NCBI GenBank assembly: GCA_038888155.1
Contig: JAWAJB010000002.1
Span: 1-64,000, forward strand
Direction: 5' to 3'
Length of the DNA: 64,000 nt
Origin: Desulfurococcaceae archaeon
Lineage (GTDB): Archaea > Thermoproteota > Thermoprotei_A > Sulfolobales > Desulfurococcaceae
Shown: one piece after another, positions 1 through 12,527 of the stretch
Position numbering within the stretch: the first letter of the stretch is position 1
Layout: each line of letters opens with the position of its first letter
The notes under the pieces: generated by a model
Seen by the model: only the letters and a program-made list of their open reading frames with translations
The model's database searches: none
Told to the model about the DNA's origin: nothing
Program-made: the position numbers and the translations under genes

Positions 1-2640
<2,640 letters not shown>

Positions 2641-2800
2641 CAGCTCGCCTGGGGGCGGGCCACAGTTGAATACTGCACGCTCTGCGGATCTGTGTATAGA
2701 CTTGATCTAGGCCTCTCTGTGGCGCTACAAGATGTCAATTGTTACATCGATAGCATTTGTTCTTTTATGATTCCTATTCTATACTCTTTTACACGGTGAC

Positions 2801-3658
2801 TTGCTTTTGGGGCTTGACACATATATTAAGCTCGTGAGATTTCCAAATGCCCTTTTAAGTGGTGTTGGGGCGTTGCTTTCCGTTTTAGTTTACGTAGAGT
2901 ACAGCCTTAATCCTAGCTTGCATTCGCTATTAGTTATAGGGTTCATTACTGGTTTTTCGTTGACAGGCTCATGTATGATTATTAACGATATTGTTGATCT
3001 AGAAGTAGATAAAGTAAACAAGCCTTGGAAACCTCTACCTAGGGGAGATCTAAGTATACGCGCCGCTCTAACTATTGCAATCAACATGGCGCTGCTCTCA
3101 ATAGTGTTGAATTTCTTTTTTGGCTTAACCTTATTCGCGGTGACTTTACTCTACGCTGTGGTTGGAATAGCATATAGTTTTCTCAGACGGCACTGGTGGA
3201 GCCACTTCCTCGTGGCGTTTTCTACTACAGGCCCTGTGATATACGGATACGTAGCTACTGGCCTCCCAGCTAGGGATCTGTATTTTACAGTACTATTTTC
3301 ATTTACAATATTTACAGTTACGCTTGGAAGGGAGTTCCTAAAGGCCATTCAGGATGTAGAGGGAGACAGAATTCATTCTTATAGGACTATAGCAACTGCT
3401 CTAGGCGTAGAGAAAGCCTCAAGGGCAACGCTATTTGTGAGTTTAATAGGATCAATACTAGGTCTAGCGACAACTACTTTGAGCGCAGGAGGAGTGTATA
3501 AGGTGTTAATTACAATTGCTTCAATACTTTACTCATACTCTATGTTTAGGGCATTAACTCGACTAAGCGATAGGGAAGTACTTGAAGGTACGAGGCGGAA
3601 GACCCTCCAAGCAATGGCACTAGGCATGGCTGCATTCTGGTTGAGCAAGTTACCTTAG
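2801..3658 (+). CDS. UbiA-family prenyltransferase, likely digeranylgeranylglyceryl phosphate synthase
   Basis: NDIVDLEVDKVNKPWKPLPRG and REFLKAIQDVEGD Asp-rich motifs; multiple TM helices. Confidence 0.85.
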   Translation: MLLGLDTYIKLVRFPNALLSGVGALLSVLVYVEYSLNPSLHSLLVIGFITGFSLTGSCMIINDIVDLEVDKVNKPWKPLPRGDLSIRAALTIAINMALLSIVLNFFFGLTLFAVTLLYAVVGIAYSFLRRHWWSHFLVAFSTTGPVIYGYVATGLPARDLYFTVLFSFTIFTVTLGREFLKAIQDVEGDRIHSYRTIATALGVEKASRATLFVSLIGSILGLATTTLSAGGVYKVLITIASILYSYSMFRALTRLSDREVLEGTRRKTLQAMALGMAAFWLSKLP

Positions 3659-3664
3659 AGTTAG

Positions 3665-4504
3665 CTATTGCGCGCGCTTAGAATAGCTCATTAATGCGAA
3701 TGGAAGTAGAAAGACTAACAATCCCGATAGGAAGAAACAAGCACTTCTGATGAAGACATCTACCCCAAGGGTGTAGTAGTGAGTTGCGAGAAGCAATAGA
3801 GAAGAAGCCGCAGAGAGAACCCCTCTCAGAAGAGGTCCTCCAGGGGAACTCTCCTTCAGTTGGCCTCTACAAAAAACTACTGTTAATAAAACAGCTGCAC
3901 TTAAGCCCACTAGCGACGAACTTGCGTGTTTATCCCCACTTAGAAAACTCAAGTTGATAATAGACAGCGTTAAGACGAAAGCTTGCAGAGAAATGAAGGG
4001 CATATAGAAATCGCGCTTAACGCTGAATGTAGAGACTCCGTAGCAAGCCAGCCCTATCAAAATACCTAGTACGGCTCCCCAAAAGACGTCATGTAGGTAG
4101 TGAGCTCTCAAGTAAACCCTGCTAATGGAAACGCCCAAGATTATTATTAAAGCAAGAGCACTTAATGCATTCTTCTTGTATATTAAAGATTTAGCCGACC
4201 AAAATGAAGAAGTTATCTGAGCGTGTCCACTTGGGAAGCCAGGACCTTCAACTTGGACTAGCGGGTCAGGGGGCCTGGGTAAATTAAATATGTACTTGAG
4301 AGAGATATTTATTGAACCGGAGATCAGAACTGAGGAAATCAACAGCAACCCGTTGCTGATGTTTGGCGTAAAATAGTAAATTACGATGCTCAGTAAAAGG
4401 TAAAGCCTCTCATCGCCTAAAATAGTGAAATAAACCCAAAGCTCATAAGTTCCTGAGATAAATGCTGCAACCAACATTAACGCAAGACCGCAAGCTATAC
4501 TCAA
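3665..4504 (-). CDS. PAP2-family membrane phosphatase
   Basis: KxxxxxxRP, FPSGH and SRVYLRAH motifs. Confidence 0.9.
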   Translation of the reverse strand: MSIACGLALMLVAAFISGTYELWVYFTILGDERLYLLLSIVIYYFTPNISNGLLLISSVLISGSINISLKYIFNLPRPPDPLVQVEGPGFPSGHAQITSSFWSAKSLIYKKNALSALALIIILGVSISRVYLRAHYLHDVFWGAVLGILIGLACYGVSTFSVKRDFYMPFISLQAFVLTLSIINLSFLSGDKHASSSLVGLSAAVLLTVVFCRGQLKESSPGGPLLRGVLSAASSLLLLATHYYTLGVDVFIRSACFFLSGLLVFLLPFALMSYSKRAQ

Positions 4505-4644
4505 TAAAGCTAAGTTGACTCGCGCTACTCTATAAGCTCGTTTACTGGGCTGATTTCGGGGTATAAAGCTTCACCAAGATAGAGGCATAGGGGCAAATAA
4601 ATAAAAAGATATAAAGAGCATAACGAGAAATAGAGGATTTGGCT

Positions 4645-4694
4645 GTGATGATACGACGGTAACCTGAGAAGATGAAGAGCGTTACCCTGTCTGA
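4645..4694 (+). ncRNA. Box C/D 2'-O-methylation guide sRNA
   Basis: GTGATGA (4645-4651), 12 nt guide, CTGA (4664-4667), AAGATGA (4669-4675), 15 nt guide, CTGA (4691-4694); intergenic. Confidence 0.85.
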
Positions 4695-4795
4695 CTCGCG
4701 GTTTGTTCTTTGTCCAAAAAGAAGTAGAAAAAATGCTGAGAACTTCACTTTATATATTATCCTATCTTCGTTATTAACTTCAGGGGGTGAATTAA

Positions 4796-5038
4796 TTGGC
4801 TAAATTTAAAGTTATCGTTGACAGAGTTAAGTGCATTGGATGTGGAGTAGCACCTTCCGTTTGTCCTGAGATATTCTTGCTAGACAGCGGAGATCTCAAG
4901 AACAGAGTTGTCGACAAGTACTCCACCCAGAAAGATGAGAATATATCAATAGGCATAATACCTGAAGAGTTGTACGAGTGCGCTAAAACAGCAGCTGGTG
5001 CCTGCCCCGTCGGTGCTATAACTATTGAGAAAGAGTAG
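4796..5038 (+). CDS. Monocluster ferredoxin with an atypical CxxCxxA motif
   Basis: CIGCGVAPSVCP ... C...ACPVGAI; GGGGGTGA SD upstream. Confidence 0.9.
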   Translation: MAKFKVIVDRVKCIGCGVAPSVCPEIFLLDSGDLKNRVVDKYSTQKDENISIGIIPEELYECAKTAAGACPVGAITIEKE

Positions 5039-5310
5039 AAGCAAAAGCAAGCCTTAGTTTTTATTTTTTACAATTGTTGCATCGTTATTTGTTGAATAAG
5101 CTATTAATTTGTGAGGAAAAATTCCGTTCTGTTGGCGGAGTATTAATGCTCCCCAGAAGAGGCGAGGCTGTATTCAAGAGAGACAATAATGAGGGGAAAA
5201 CTGAGCTTGTCACACTGGTCCTTGCATCCTGGTAAGGCATACATTGATCCTCATCAATTTAAATGTAACTTACTGTAACTTACTTTGGAGCACGCTCGTG
5301 GGGAAAACCT

Positions 5311-6066
5311 TTGAAAATACTAGTTTTGTCAGATATACACGGAAACGTTGAGGCTCTAGAGGCGGTATTGAATCACGTCTCTACGTACGACGGAATATGG
5401 GTTCTTGGGGATTTAGTTGATTACGGTCCCGAGCCACATGTTGTGGTCGATTTAATTACTGAATTAAAGCCGGACGTCGTTGTTAGGGGGAACCACGACC
5501 ACGCTGTATCCTATGGCGTAGACTGCCGCTGCGGGGAGAAAACACATGATCTTAGCGTGTACACTAGGGAAAATATATCGCTGAAGTTTCTATCTAAAGA
5601 TCAAATGAAGTACTTGAGAAACTTGAGCGTTTCATTTGAGTTAAACTTCAACTCTTTAAAGATGCTATTAGTTCACGGGAGTCCTAGAGACCCCCTGTAT
5701 GGCTACATGCTGCCTAGCTTGCCTTTGGATGAGCTAGGTAAGATGACTATCTACAAGAAGAGGAATTTTTCTCTGGCAAGTTACTCCAAAAAGTGGGAAG
5801 GCATTATTCTCTCTGGTCATACCCATATTCCAGCGAAAATCGAAGTAGATAGAGCATTTATTTTGAATCCTGGTAGCGTAGGTCAACCGAGGGATGGGGA
5901 CTTTAGAGCATCATATGGAGTTTTTGACGCCGATAAAACAGAGTTCACAGTTCACCGTGTAAATTACAGTATAGAAAAAACGATCGCAAAGCTCAGGGAA
6001 ATTATAAAGGAAGATCATATTTTCAATAGATTGGCTCACATACTCCTAAGGGGGAGAGTTAGTTAA
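5311..6066 (+). CDS. Calcineurin-like metallophosphoesterase
   Basis: SDIHGN, GDLVDYG, GNHD, HGSP, GHTH and NPGSVGQPRDG motifs. Confidence 0.92.
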   Translation: MKILVLSDIHGNVEALEAVLNHVSTYDGIWVLGDLVDYGPEPHVVVDLITELKPDVVVRGNHDHAVSYGVDCRCGEKTHDLSVYTRENISLKFLSKDQMKYLRNLSVSFELNFNSLKMLLVHGSPRDPLYGYMLPSLPLDELGKMTIYKKRNFSLASYSKKWEGIILSGHTHIPAKIEVDRAFILNPGSVGQPRDGDFRASYGVFDADKTEFTVHRVNYSIEKTIAKLREIIKEDHIFNRLAHILLRGRVS

Positions 6067-6187
6067 ACCGGACCTCGATCTCTAATCCCAGCCTAGGAAA
6101 ATTAACTCAGTAAAGCCTACTATTCACAGCTAATAAAAGCCCATTTTGCCGAAGTTGAAGGTAAAACAGAGCAAAAAGGCTTGTTAT

Positions 6188-7495
6188 CTAAGGAGATTTT
6201 CTGCGCGATCTGATCAAAATATATAAAGCAATGGGCAACAAAGAGGCTATAATTATAGGCAGTGCCCAAGGAAGCAATTCCGGGGCTCCTTGAGGCTCTA
6301 GGACTGTTATTGAAAGCTCCTGCTCTCTTGTAATGTTATTGCTAACGCCAACAATTTTCAACACGTAAGTTCCCGCTCGAGCATCTCGACTTGCTGATAT
6401 AGTGAGCGAAGTAGAGAAAGGCGGCAGACCAGATTCAGTGCCTAAAGTACAGGAAATGCCTGGGGGCTCACCTGAAACGTAAAGATTAACGTCCTTAACA
6501 GGCTCTCCCTCACCAAAAACTACAACTCCGATCAGCGCCGATCCACCTTTGTACACCGTAACGCTGATAGGGCTAACAGAGACAGCAAAGTCAAAGGGCT
6601 TAATTTGCCTAAACTGAGCTATAATGCCTATTGGTCCGCACACATTTATAGCTGTTGGGTTATCATACTTACCATAAGTAGAGCACTCTGCGTATAGTTC
6701 AGACCATTCATCAAAAGCGTAGTTAGTACTAGGAATAGCCCTAATGAATAAATAATCACCGGCGCCAATCCAATACTCTCCAGGCGGAGGATCTGTTGTC
6801 CCGTTGCCTCTCCCTACTCCCAAGTAAACTCTATACTCTGGGTGATATATTTTATTTAAGGCCCCTGATGATAAAACTGTCAAATTTACACAGAGTGGAT
6901 CATCTGCCGCGTACCTCTTATATCCCGATGTTGATAAGACGTACCTCTCGAAACAGCATACATGTTGTGAATCTTTATCCCACCAGAGCCCAAAGGGAAG
7001 GCTTTCAAGGTCTATATAGACTCCGTCTACTGAAACTAAGCTACGCGGAAAGTATACATCATCCCCCAATCCCTCGGCTGAAATAACCCATAAGTATTGT
7101 GCTTTATACTCTGCTGTAATAGTCCCGCCGTCGGCAGGAACAATTAAGAGGCCCCCTGCACCAGTTGAAATACCGCTCGTTGAATTCCAAACATATCGTT
7201 TTCCCTCAGCTGTGGATTCAACAACCTCGCTCCATTGAAATGTGTGAAATGAGTCTATAGGCCATGTAAAGCTCTTCGGTAGGTCGCGCAAAGTATAGCC
7301 AATTCCATCAACTACTATGACCACTGAATCAAGTAAGACATCAGTTCCTAAGCCACTAGCAGAGAAAGTTACGATCGCAAGTCCTTGGCGATACCCTTCA
7401 ACATTTTCACATCTTAGGTATAGAGGTGTCCCGAGAGGCGCAAAGATTAAGTTAACTATTGCTATAAAAGTGAAGAATGTGCACTTAAACGACAT
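6188..7495 (-). CDS. Secreted, C-terminally membrane-anchored beta-rich surface protein with internal repeats
   Basis: N-terminal hydrophobic signal; two similar ~75-aa units (SxxGLGxDV...VDG...LP...W.xDSxH...KRY); InlB B-repeat-like segment (GNGTTDPPPGEY...AIPSTNYAFDEW); C-terminal TM followed by RSRRK. Confidence 0.75.
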   Translation of the reverse strand: MSFKCTFFTFIAIVNLIFAPLGTPLYLRCENVEGYRQGLAIVTFSASGLGTDVLLDSVVIVVDGIGYTLRDLPKSFTWPIDSFHTFQWSEVVESTAEGKRYVWNSTSGISTGAGGLLIVPADGGTITAEYKAQYLWVISAEGLGDDVYFPRSLVSVDGVYIDLESLPFGLWWDKDSQHVCCFERYVLSTSGYKRYAADDPLCVNLTVLSSGALNKIYHPEYRVYLGVGRGNGTTDPPPGEYWIGAGDYLFIRAIPSTNYAFDEWSELYAECSTYGKYDNPTAINVCGPIGIIAQFRQIKPFDFAVSVSPISVTVYKGGSALIGVVVFGEGEPVKDVNLYVSGEPPGISCTLGTESGLPPFSTSLTISASRDARAGTYVLKIVGVSNNITREQELSITVLEPQGAPELLPWALPIIIASLLPIALYILIRSRRKSP

Positions 7496-7935
7496 TACTA
7501 CCCCTCATGAGTATACCTCTAGATTAGCTCCTAATATCTCCACGTCTAGAGATTGCCCATGTGGTAAATTGCCGCGAGGTCATCAATAGATCCCATTACT
7601 AAATAAATTAGTACAAGAATAAGTTAAACGAAAAGTAGAAAGGCAGGAAAGCAAGGGCTCTAATGCATCGCGCCTAGAGCACAACTAATCTCTTTTTAGA
7701 AAAACAACGCAACTTCTGTTTCACAATCTGTTTTGTAACTCGCATTTGGAGCTCAGCTCATTCTATAATTTAAAAGGCTACTGCGTGCTCAAGTACTTAG
7801 CTATCAAAAGAGTGAGGCATTGCAAGTAAATAAGAGGATGGAGAACTCTAGTAGTGCAACCTCTCGAGAAACATGCGATATAGTTACGTTGCTTCAAATC
7901 ACTTAAAATGTAAAAGCGCTGCGTCACACTACTAG

Positions 7936-8010
7936 TGGGGCCGCGGGGATTTGAACCCCGGGTCACGGGGGCCCAAGCCCCGCATCCTAGCCAGGCTAGA
8001 CTACGGCCCC
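7936..8010 (-). tRNA. tRNA-Pro(UGG), intronless, CCA not encoded
   Basis: Reverse complement GGGGCCGTAGTCTAGCCTGGCTAGGATGCGGGGCTTGGGCCCCCGTGACCCGGGGTTCAAATCCCCGCGGCCCCA folds as a cloverleaf. Confidence 0.97.
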
Positions 8011-8055
8011 TTTTTGTTCTAGTTTTGTTTATGTATGGAGACTTTTTAACTCTGA

Positions 8056-9063
8056 CTATAAGCTACTCTCGGAGTATATTTCGTGTGCCCTCTCTTTATA
8101 CATTTGGATGCTCTTGGTTGACAAAGGATCGAGCCCTCTCAGTTCTGCGAGGGACACGCTTGCAAGTCCCCATATTATGCTTCCGAACATTATTTTTTCT
8201 AGGGTGTTCCTGCCCTTTAGATCAAGCCTAAATAGCCTTGCGCCACTGTTCAAGTACACGTTCTCCATGAACTCGACTAATTTTCTCCCTATTGAGTTAT
8301 CGGGGTCTACTACTTCAATTACACTTAGTTCGAGAGGGAAAGAGCTCTCGTAGCCTACGATATCGTTATGCATCCACTCAGGTGCAACATCAACTTTGGC
8401 TATGAGCTTGCTGTTTTCGTTTAGCTCGTTTTTACCTCGAATAGCTAGCGCCTCGAGCGGGGTGTGGGACGCGATAACAAGCAACCTCCTCCCAACCACT
8501 ACGCTCTCGTTAATCCACTGAGCTATCTTGGTTGATATCTGAAGCGCTACAGGCAAGGAACCTCTTAAGAACGCCAGGCTCTCGAGAGCAGTATTTTTTG
8601 ACACTATGGTGTGCCCACTAGAGTCAAGAAGTCCAAGAGCAGTGTACAGCATTATCGGTAGAGATGCTCGAGGCAATAAACCGCTAGGTAGCGGAATATA
8701 CAGTACGTTATATTTAAGCGCCATTTCTTTCAGCTTACCTCCGCTTGATACAGCCACTATTTTAGCCCTTCTTTCAATTGCTTTCTTGAAAGCAAGCAGA
8801 GTTTCTATAGTGTCTCCGCTGTAGCTCACAGCAACAACAAGGCTTCTCTCTCCTACGAAGCTTGGGATTAAATACGACTTTAGTGCATGAATTGGGATTC
8901 TACAGCTGTCCACGGATAGAGAGTTTAAGTAGTCTCCTACTATTCCACTCCCGCCCATTCCGATAACGACGACCTCGTCGAACTCAGCATTAAGGGTATA
9001 AGAGCCCCAGTTAGCGATAGCTTGTTCTATCTGCAAAGGCCATTCTAAGTAGGCTTTAAGCAT
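8056..9063 (-). CDS. Bifunctional phosphoglucose/phosphomannose isomerase
   Basis: GMGGSG, SYSGDTIET, ENSK and PEWMHNDI motifs (SIS domains). Confidence 0.9.
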   Translation of the reverse strand: MLKAYLEWPLQIEQAIANWGSYTLNAEFDEVVVIGMGGSGIVGDYLNSLSVDSCRIPIHALKSYLIPSFVGERSLVVAVSYSGDTIETLLAFKKAIERRAKIVAVSSGGKLKEMALKYNVLYIPLPSGLLPRASLPIMLYTALGLLDSSGHTIVSKNTALESLAFLRGSLPVALQISTKIAQWINESVVVGRRLLVIASHTPLEALAIRGKNELNENSKLIAKVDVAPEWMHNDIVGYESSFPLELSVIEVVDPDNSIGRKLVEFMENVYLNSGARLFRLDLKGRNTLEKIMFGSIIWGLASVSLAELRGLDPLSTKSIQMYKERAHEIYSESSL

Positions 9064-9105
9064 GTTGCTTACCCTGTTTTTAATTCATAATTAAACTATA
9101 AGTAC

Positions 9106-9774
9106 TTGATGGTTGCTTTGAAGAGAGAAGAGCTCTTCGAGCTACTTATCTATGGAAGAAATATGCTAATTTCGCATTACACAAGTTCTTTGATCAAACT
9201 CTCAATACTGGTGATTAAGGAGGCATTAATAAAAGATATGAGAGTTGGATTATTTGACGAAAGAGGAACAATAGTTAAGTATATTCCGCAGGAATTACTC
9301 CAAAGAGCTACTCTCTACAGCAACACGAGCGAGCTACCTATTGGCAAGGACTTCTTGGCTATCTTATACTTACCCGGGGATGTAAGAGCTCTGAAGGGGT
9401 GTAAATCTGAAAACGTATTGGCTCTTGTTAAGCCAGGCCAGGTAGCTAAGTTAGTTAATTACACGAAACATTACCTATCAAGGCTAACTCGTAATTTATA
9501 TCAGTTGAAAAGTCTAAATAAAGGCATAAGTGTTGTATTCACTTTCAGCGCGGATGACATAGAAATAATTGAAAAACCTCCGGGGATTTACGGAAAGGCG
9601 TACGAGGTCCTTAAAGCTACTATGGCTACTTATGGGACGCTGACTATCAAGGACGCTGTCTTAGTGCTGTCCAAGGAGCTTGGCTTAGAAAAGCGGAACG
9701 CTAGGACAATTTTAATACATCTAGCAAGGAGACAGTATATTAGAGTTATTAAGGGGAGAATTAACCTAGTGTAA
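9106..9774 (+). CDS. Hypothetical protein with a probable C-terminal winged helix
   Basis: Long ORF; C-terminal LTIKDAVLVLSKELGLEKRNARTILIHLARRQYIRV pattern. Confidence 0.6.
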   Translation: MMVALKREELFELLIYGRNMLISHYTSSLIKLSILVIKEALIKDMRVGLFDERGTIVKYIPQELLQRATLYSNTSELPIGKDFLAILYLPGDVRALKGCKSENVLALVKPGQVAKLVNYTKHYLSRLTRNLYQLKSLNKGISVVFTFSADDIEIIEKPPGIYGKAYEVLKATMATYGTLTIKDAVLVLSKELGLEKRNARTILIHLARRQYIRVIKGRINLV

Positions 9775-9778
9775 CACT

Positions 9779-10282
9779 CTACTCTCCCCGAGAAAGCGTC
9801 TCATCAAAGTATATTTTGATGAAGCTCATCTTCTTCAAGACAACATTTATGTACTCATCGATAACGGCCCTTGAAACGCCCAGTTTTTCTGCTCTTGAAA
9901 GAACTATGTTCTCTACAATAGAGTACTTTTTATATCTCTCGTTTAGATCTTTCCATGGAATGCCGGACACAGCGCGAGTAACTTCGTTATCCACGGGGAG
10001 TATGTCTTTAGCCATCATGAAGGCCACTATGGGGTAACCTACGTAGCCCCTGAAAACCGTGCCGTTATCATTGCTGTAGGCCCTAAAAGTATTCGTATTA
10101 GACTCAATTAGCACTACCCTGTACTCTTTGTCCCCCATACTTGACCTAACAACAGCTTCTGTTTCAGACAATATATCTATTCTTCTATCTCCAAGAGCTC
10201 CTGCGGCCTCAAGTACCTTAATTCTGGGTGGTTTACTTAAGAGCTTCACGGCGCTCACTTCTAGAAAGTTATACAGCTTCAC
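9779..10282 (-). CDS. Hypothetical protein (real start probably slightly downstream)
   Basis: Long ORF with PPRIKVLEAAGA, SNDNGT...GYVGYP, GIPWKDLNE; function not recognised. Confidence 0.7.
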   Translation of the reverse strand: MKLYNFLEVSAVKLLSKPPRIKVLEAAGALGDRRIDILSETEAVVRSSMGDKEYRVVLIESNTNTFRAYSNDNGTVFRGYVGYPIVAFMMAKDILPVDNEVTRAVSGIPWKDLNERYKKYSIVENIVLSRAEKLGVSRAVIDEYINVVLKKMSFIKIYFDETLSRGE

Positions 10283-10553
10283 GAGATCTTTCGAAGAGAA
10301 GACCCGCAGCTGATCTATGCCCTAGTGAATCTTTGGCTAGGGAACAGCGCCTCATAGCCACACTGCAGTAGCTCTTAGAGCATTCAAACAAGTAGCTCAC
10401 CCCTATTCTATATTACATTTAAGGTAAATTGTTTTTAATATTCTTATGCTGGGTTAGTATCCAATACGAGGGTTGAACTAGGAGATACTAAATTATTTAT
10501 ATTTATTTGGCTAGCTTGATAATAGTCAAATGTGAGGTAAGCAGGTGATCTAG

Positions 10554-11366
10554 ATGAGCATTCCATTTCCTCGCGCTGGAACTAGAGAGTTGAGCAGCGG
10601 CTTAATTATCGCTGGAGCTTACGCAAGTAAGATTAGGAGAACGTTGTTTGCTCAGTTAAGGGATCTTGCTAAACAGGATAGAGATTTTAATAGAGAAATA
10701 GCGAGGGCATCAGCTGAACTAAACGCAGTGCTCTTCAATGTACTTGTAAATGAGTTAAAGGTAAGCAAGGGCGATGTAGTGAGGATTCGCATAAACTACG
10801 AGCTAGACATGTCTACCAAGAAGATATCGTGGATCTACAGCTCTCTAAGGGTAGAGGTCTTCAAGAAAGTACCTGATGATCAAGTTACGCAAGTTGTTCA
10901 TGTCACGACAAAGGAAAAGCTAGAGAGGATTTTAGAATCCTTTAGGGCTTCGCCCAGAGCAGCAGAAGAAGCCGTTAAGGCGTTTGAATCAATAGAGGAG
11001 GAGAAGCCCGATAAAGAGGGCATGCAACCGCTCCAAGTTAAATTAAAGTTGCAGGACCTGATAGGTGCAGTTGATGTAATAGGTGAAACATTAGAGGGAG
11101 GGTACTTAGTAAAATTCACAGATAAGGAGGGAGTTTCAAGAGGAATAGCTACATTAACTCCCAGCGGTGACGAAGTATTAATAGACGCAATCATCATTCA
11201 CAATGGTGCCTCGAGTAGGTACATTAAGAGATCTAAAGGTAGACCTCAGCTATTCGTGGATGAAACCAGTAGAATTCTAAGCGAGCTAGAGGAAGCAGCC
11301 CCCACGCCCCTTAGCAAGGAAGAGGCAGAGACAATTATACGAGAGAAAATGCAGTCTTTACTTTAG
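10554..11366 (+). CDS. DUF2258 / ThermoDBP-related single-stranded nucleic acid-binding protein
   Basis: N-terminal LSSGLIIAGAYASKIRRTLFAQL...KGDVVRIRINY signature; GGTGA SD. Confidence 0.85.
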   Translation: MSIPFPRAGTRELSSGLIIAGAYASKIRRTLFAQLRDLAKQDRDFNREIARASAELNAVLFNVLVNELKVSKGDVVRIRINYELDMSTKKISWIYSSLRVEVFKKVPDDQVTQVVHVTTKEKLERILESFRASPRAAEEAVKAFESIEEEKPDKEGMQPLQVKLKLQDLIGAVDVIGETLEGGYLVKFTDKEGVSRGIATLTPSGDEVLIDAIIIHNGASSRYIKRSKGRPQLFVDETSRILSELEEAAPTPLSKEEAETIIREKMQSLL

Positions 11367-11517
11367 CGATATTAGTGCGAGTGATATCTTCAGTTCAAAT
11401 TTTTCGCTTACAAGAAATCGATGGTTTTTTAGCACAGTTTAAAGTCCTACTACAAGAGTATTACAGGTTCCTCAGTCTTTAAACTGCATACTCACGAGGT
11501 GCTAATAGGGATGCTTT

Positions 11518-12519
11518 TTGCCAAGGCTAGACCTAGGTGAGGCGCCTGAGGGAATACTCGAACTAAGTAACGAGGAAATTTTAAGGGAATTCGAAGCCGC
11601 TTTAAATGCCTCAGGCGCATCCAAAGAAACAATTAAATCTTATATAATCGCAGTTAAGGACTTCGCCGCTTATATAAACAACAAGCCACTAAGAGAAACC
11701 ACTCTTAGAGATGTGATAAACTGGAGGAATGAGAGGCTTAAAAACGGATTCCCTGGAGCTAAAACTAAGGATAAGTATAAGTGGCAAATTACACTGCACT
11801 ATTACAGTATACTTCTTCGGAGGTTCTTCCAATGGGCAGGTCTACGAATTAAGGTTCCCGGCGTCAAGAAGCTTCAAGCTAAAATAGAGGCATTAAGCGA
11901 TGACGAGATAAAAGCCTTATTGGCTGCAGCTAGAAAGCCCTTGGATAAATTAATAGTTAGCTTGCTCATCACAACTGGGCTTAGGAGCAGAGAGCTCTTA
12001 GAGCTTAAAGTCGAGGATATAGACTTCGCTAAACGAGTTATAAAGGTGAGGTCAGCTAAGTACGGAAAAGAGAGACTCGTAACAGCGCCCTCTGATGTCT
12101 TCGAAATGGTAGAGGCTTGGGTAAAAATCAATGAATTGAAGCCAAAGGACAAGCTCCTAAAGATTACATACAGCGCATTGTACAAGAAGCTGAAGAGGTT
12201 AGCGCAAAGAGCAGGGCTAGACCCTCTGAAGGTAAGACCCCACGTGTTGAGGCACACTTTTGCAACTTTAGCTATTAGGCGCGGCATGACCCTTCCAAGC
12301 CTACAGAGACTCCTAGGACACAGCGATATAAGGACAACTCAGGTGTACCTCCACTTAACGATAGACGATGTAAAACGCGAGTACGATGAGAAGATAACAG
12401 GCTCTGTTGGCAAAGAAAGACAGTGCTCGCTATGTGGCAAAGACATACCTTCAGATGCCCTGTTCTGTCCCTACTGCGGTGAAGCTCTCCACGAGCAAAG
12501 GAAGGAGGCACTAGTTTAG
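11518..12519 (+). CDS. xerA: Tyrosine recombinase (XerA-like) with a C-terminal zinc ribbon
   Basis: TGLRSREL, KYGKER, HVLRHTFAT, LLGHSDIRTTQVY catalytic residues; CSLC...CPYC tail. Confidence 0.85.
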   Translation: MPRLDLGEAPEGILELSNEEILREFEAALNASGASKETIKSYIIAVKDFAAYINNKPLRETTLRDVINWRNERLKNGFPGAKTKDKYKWQITLHYYSILLRRFFQWAGLRIKVPGVKKLQAKIEALSDDEIKALLAAARKPLDKLIVSLLITTGLRSRELLELKVEDIDFAKRVIKVRSAKYGKERLVTAPSDVFEMVEAWVKINELKPKDKLLKITYSALYKKLKRLAQRAGLDPLKVRPHVLRHTFATLAIRRGMTLPSLQRLLGHSDIRTTQVYLHLTIDDVKREYDEKITGSVGKERQCSLCGKDIPSDALFCPYCGEALHEQRKEALV

Positions 12520-12527
12520 CCTAGCTT

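Noticed and set aside
4542-4748. 68-aa minus-strand ORF
   Set aside because: It is antisense to the C/D sRNA and has no recognisable protein features
5140-5290. GKAYIDP-like fragment reminiscent of a ferredoxin domain, plus a 10-bp tandem duplication (TGTAACTTAC x2)
   Set aside because: Too short and degenerate to call a pseudogene or a functional repeat
7778-8353. Short ORFs overlapping tRNA-Pro and the PGI/PMI 3' end
   Set aside because: Shadow ORFs of real genes
7936-12519. Integrated element between tRNA-Pro and the tyrosine recombinase
   Set aside because: The intervening genes are housekeeping-like, I found no duplicated tRNA end (att site), and the recombinase looks like XerA
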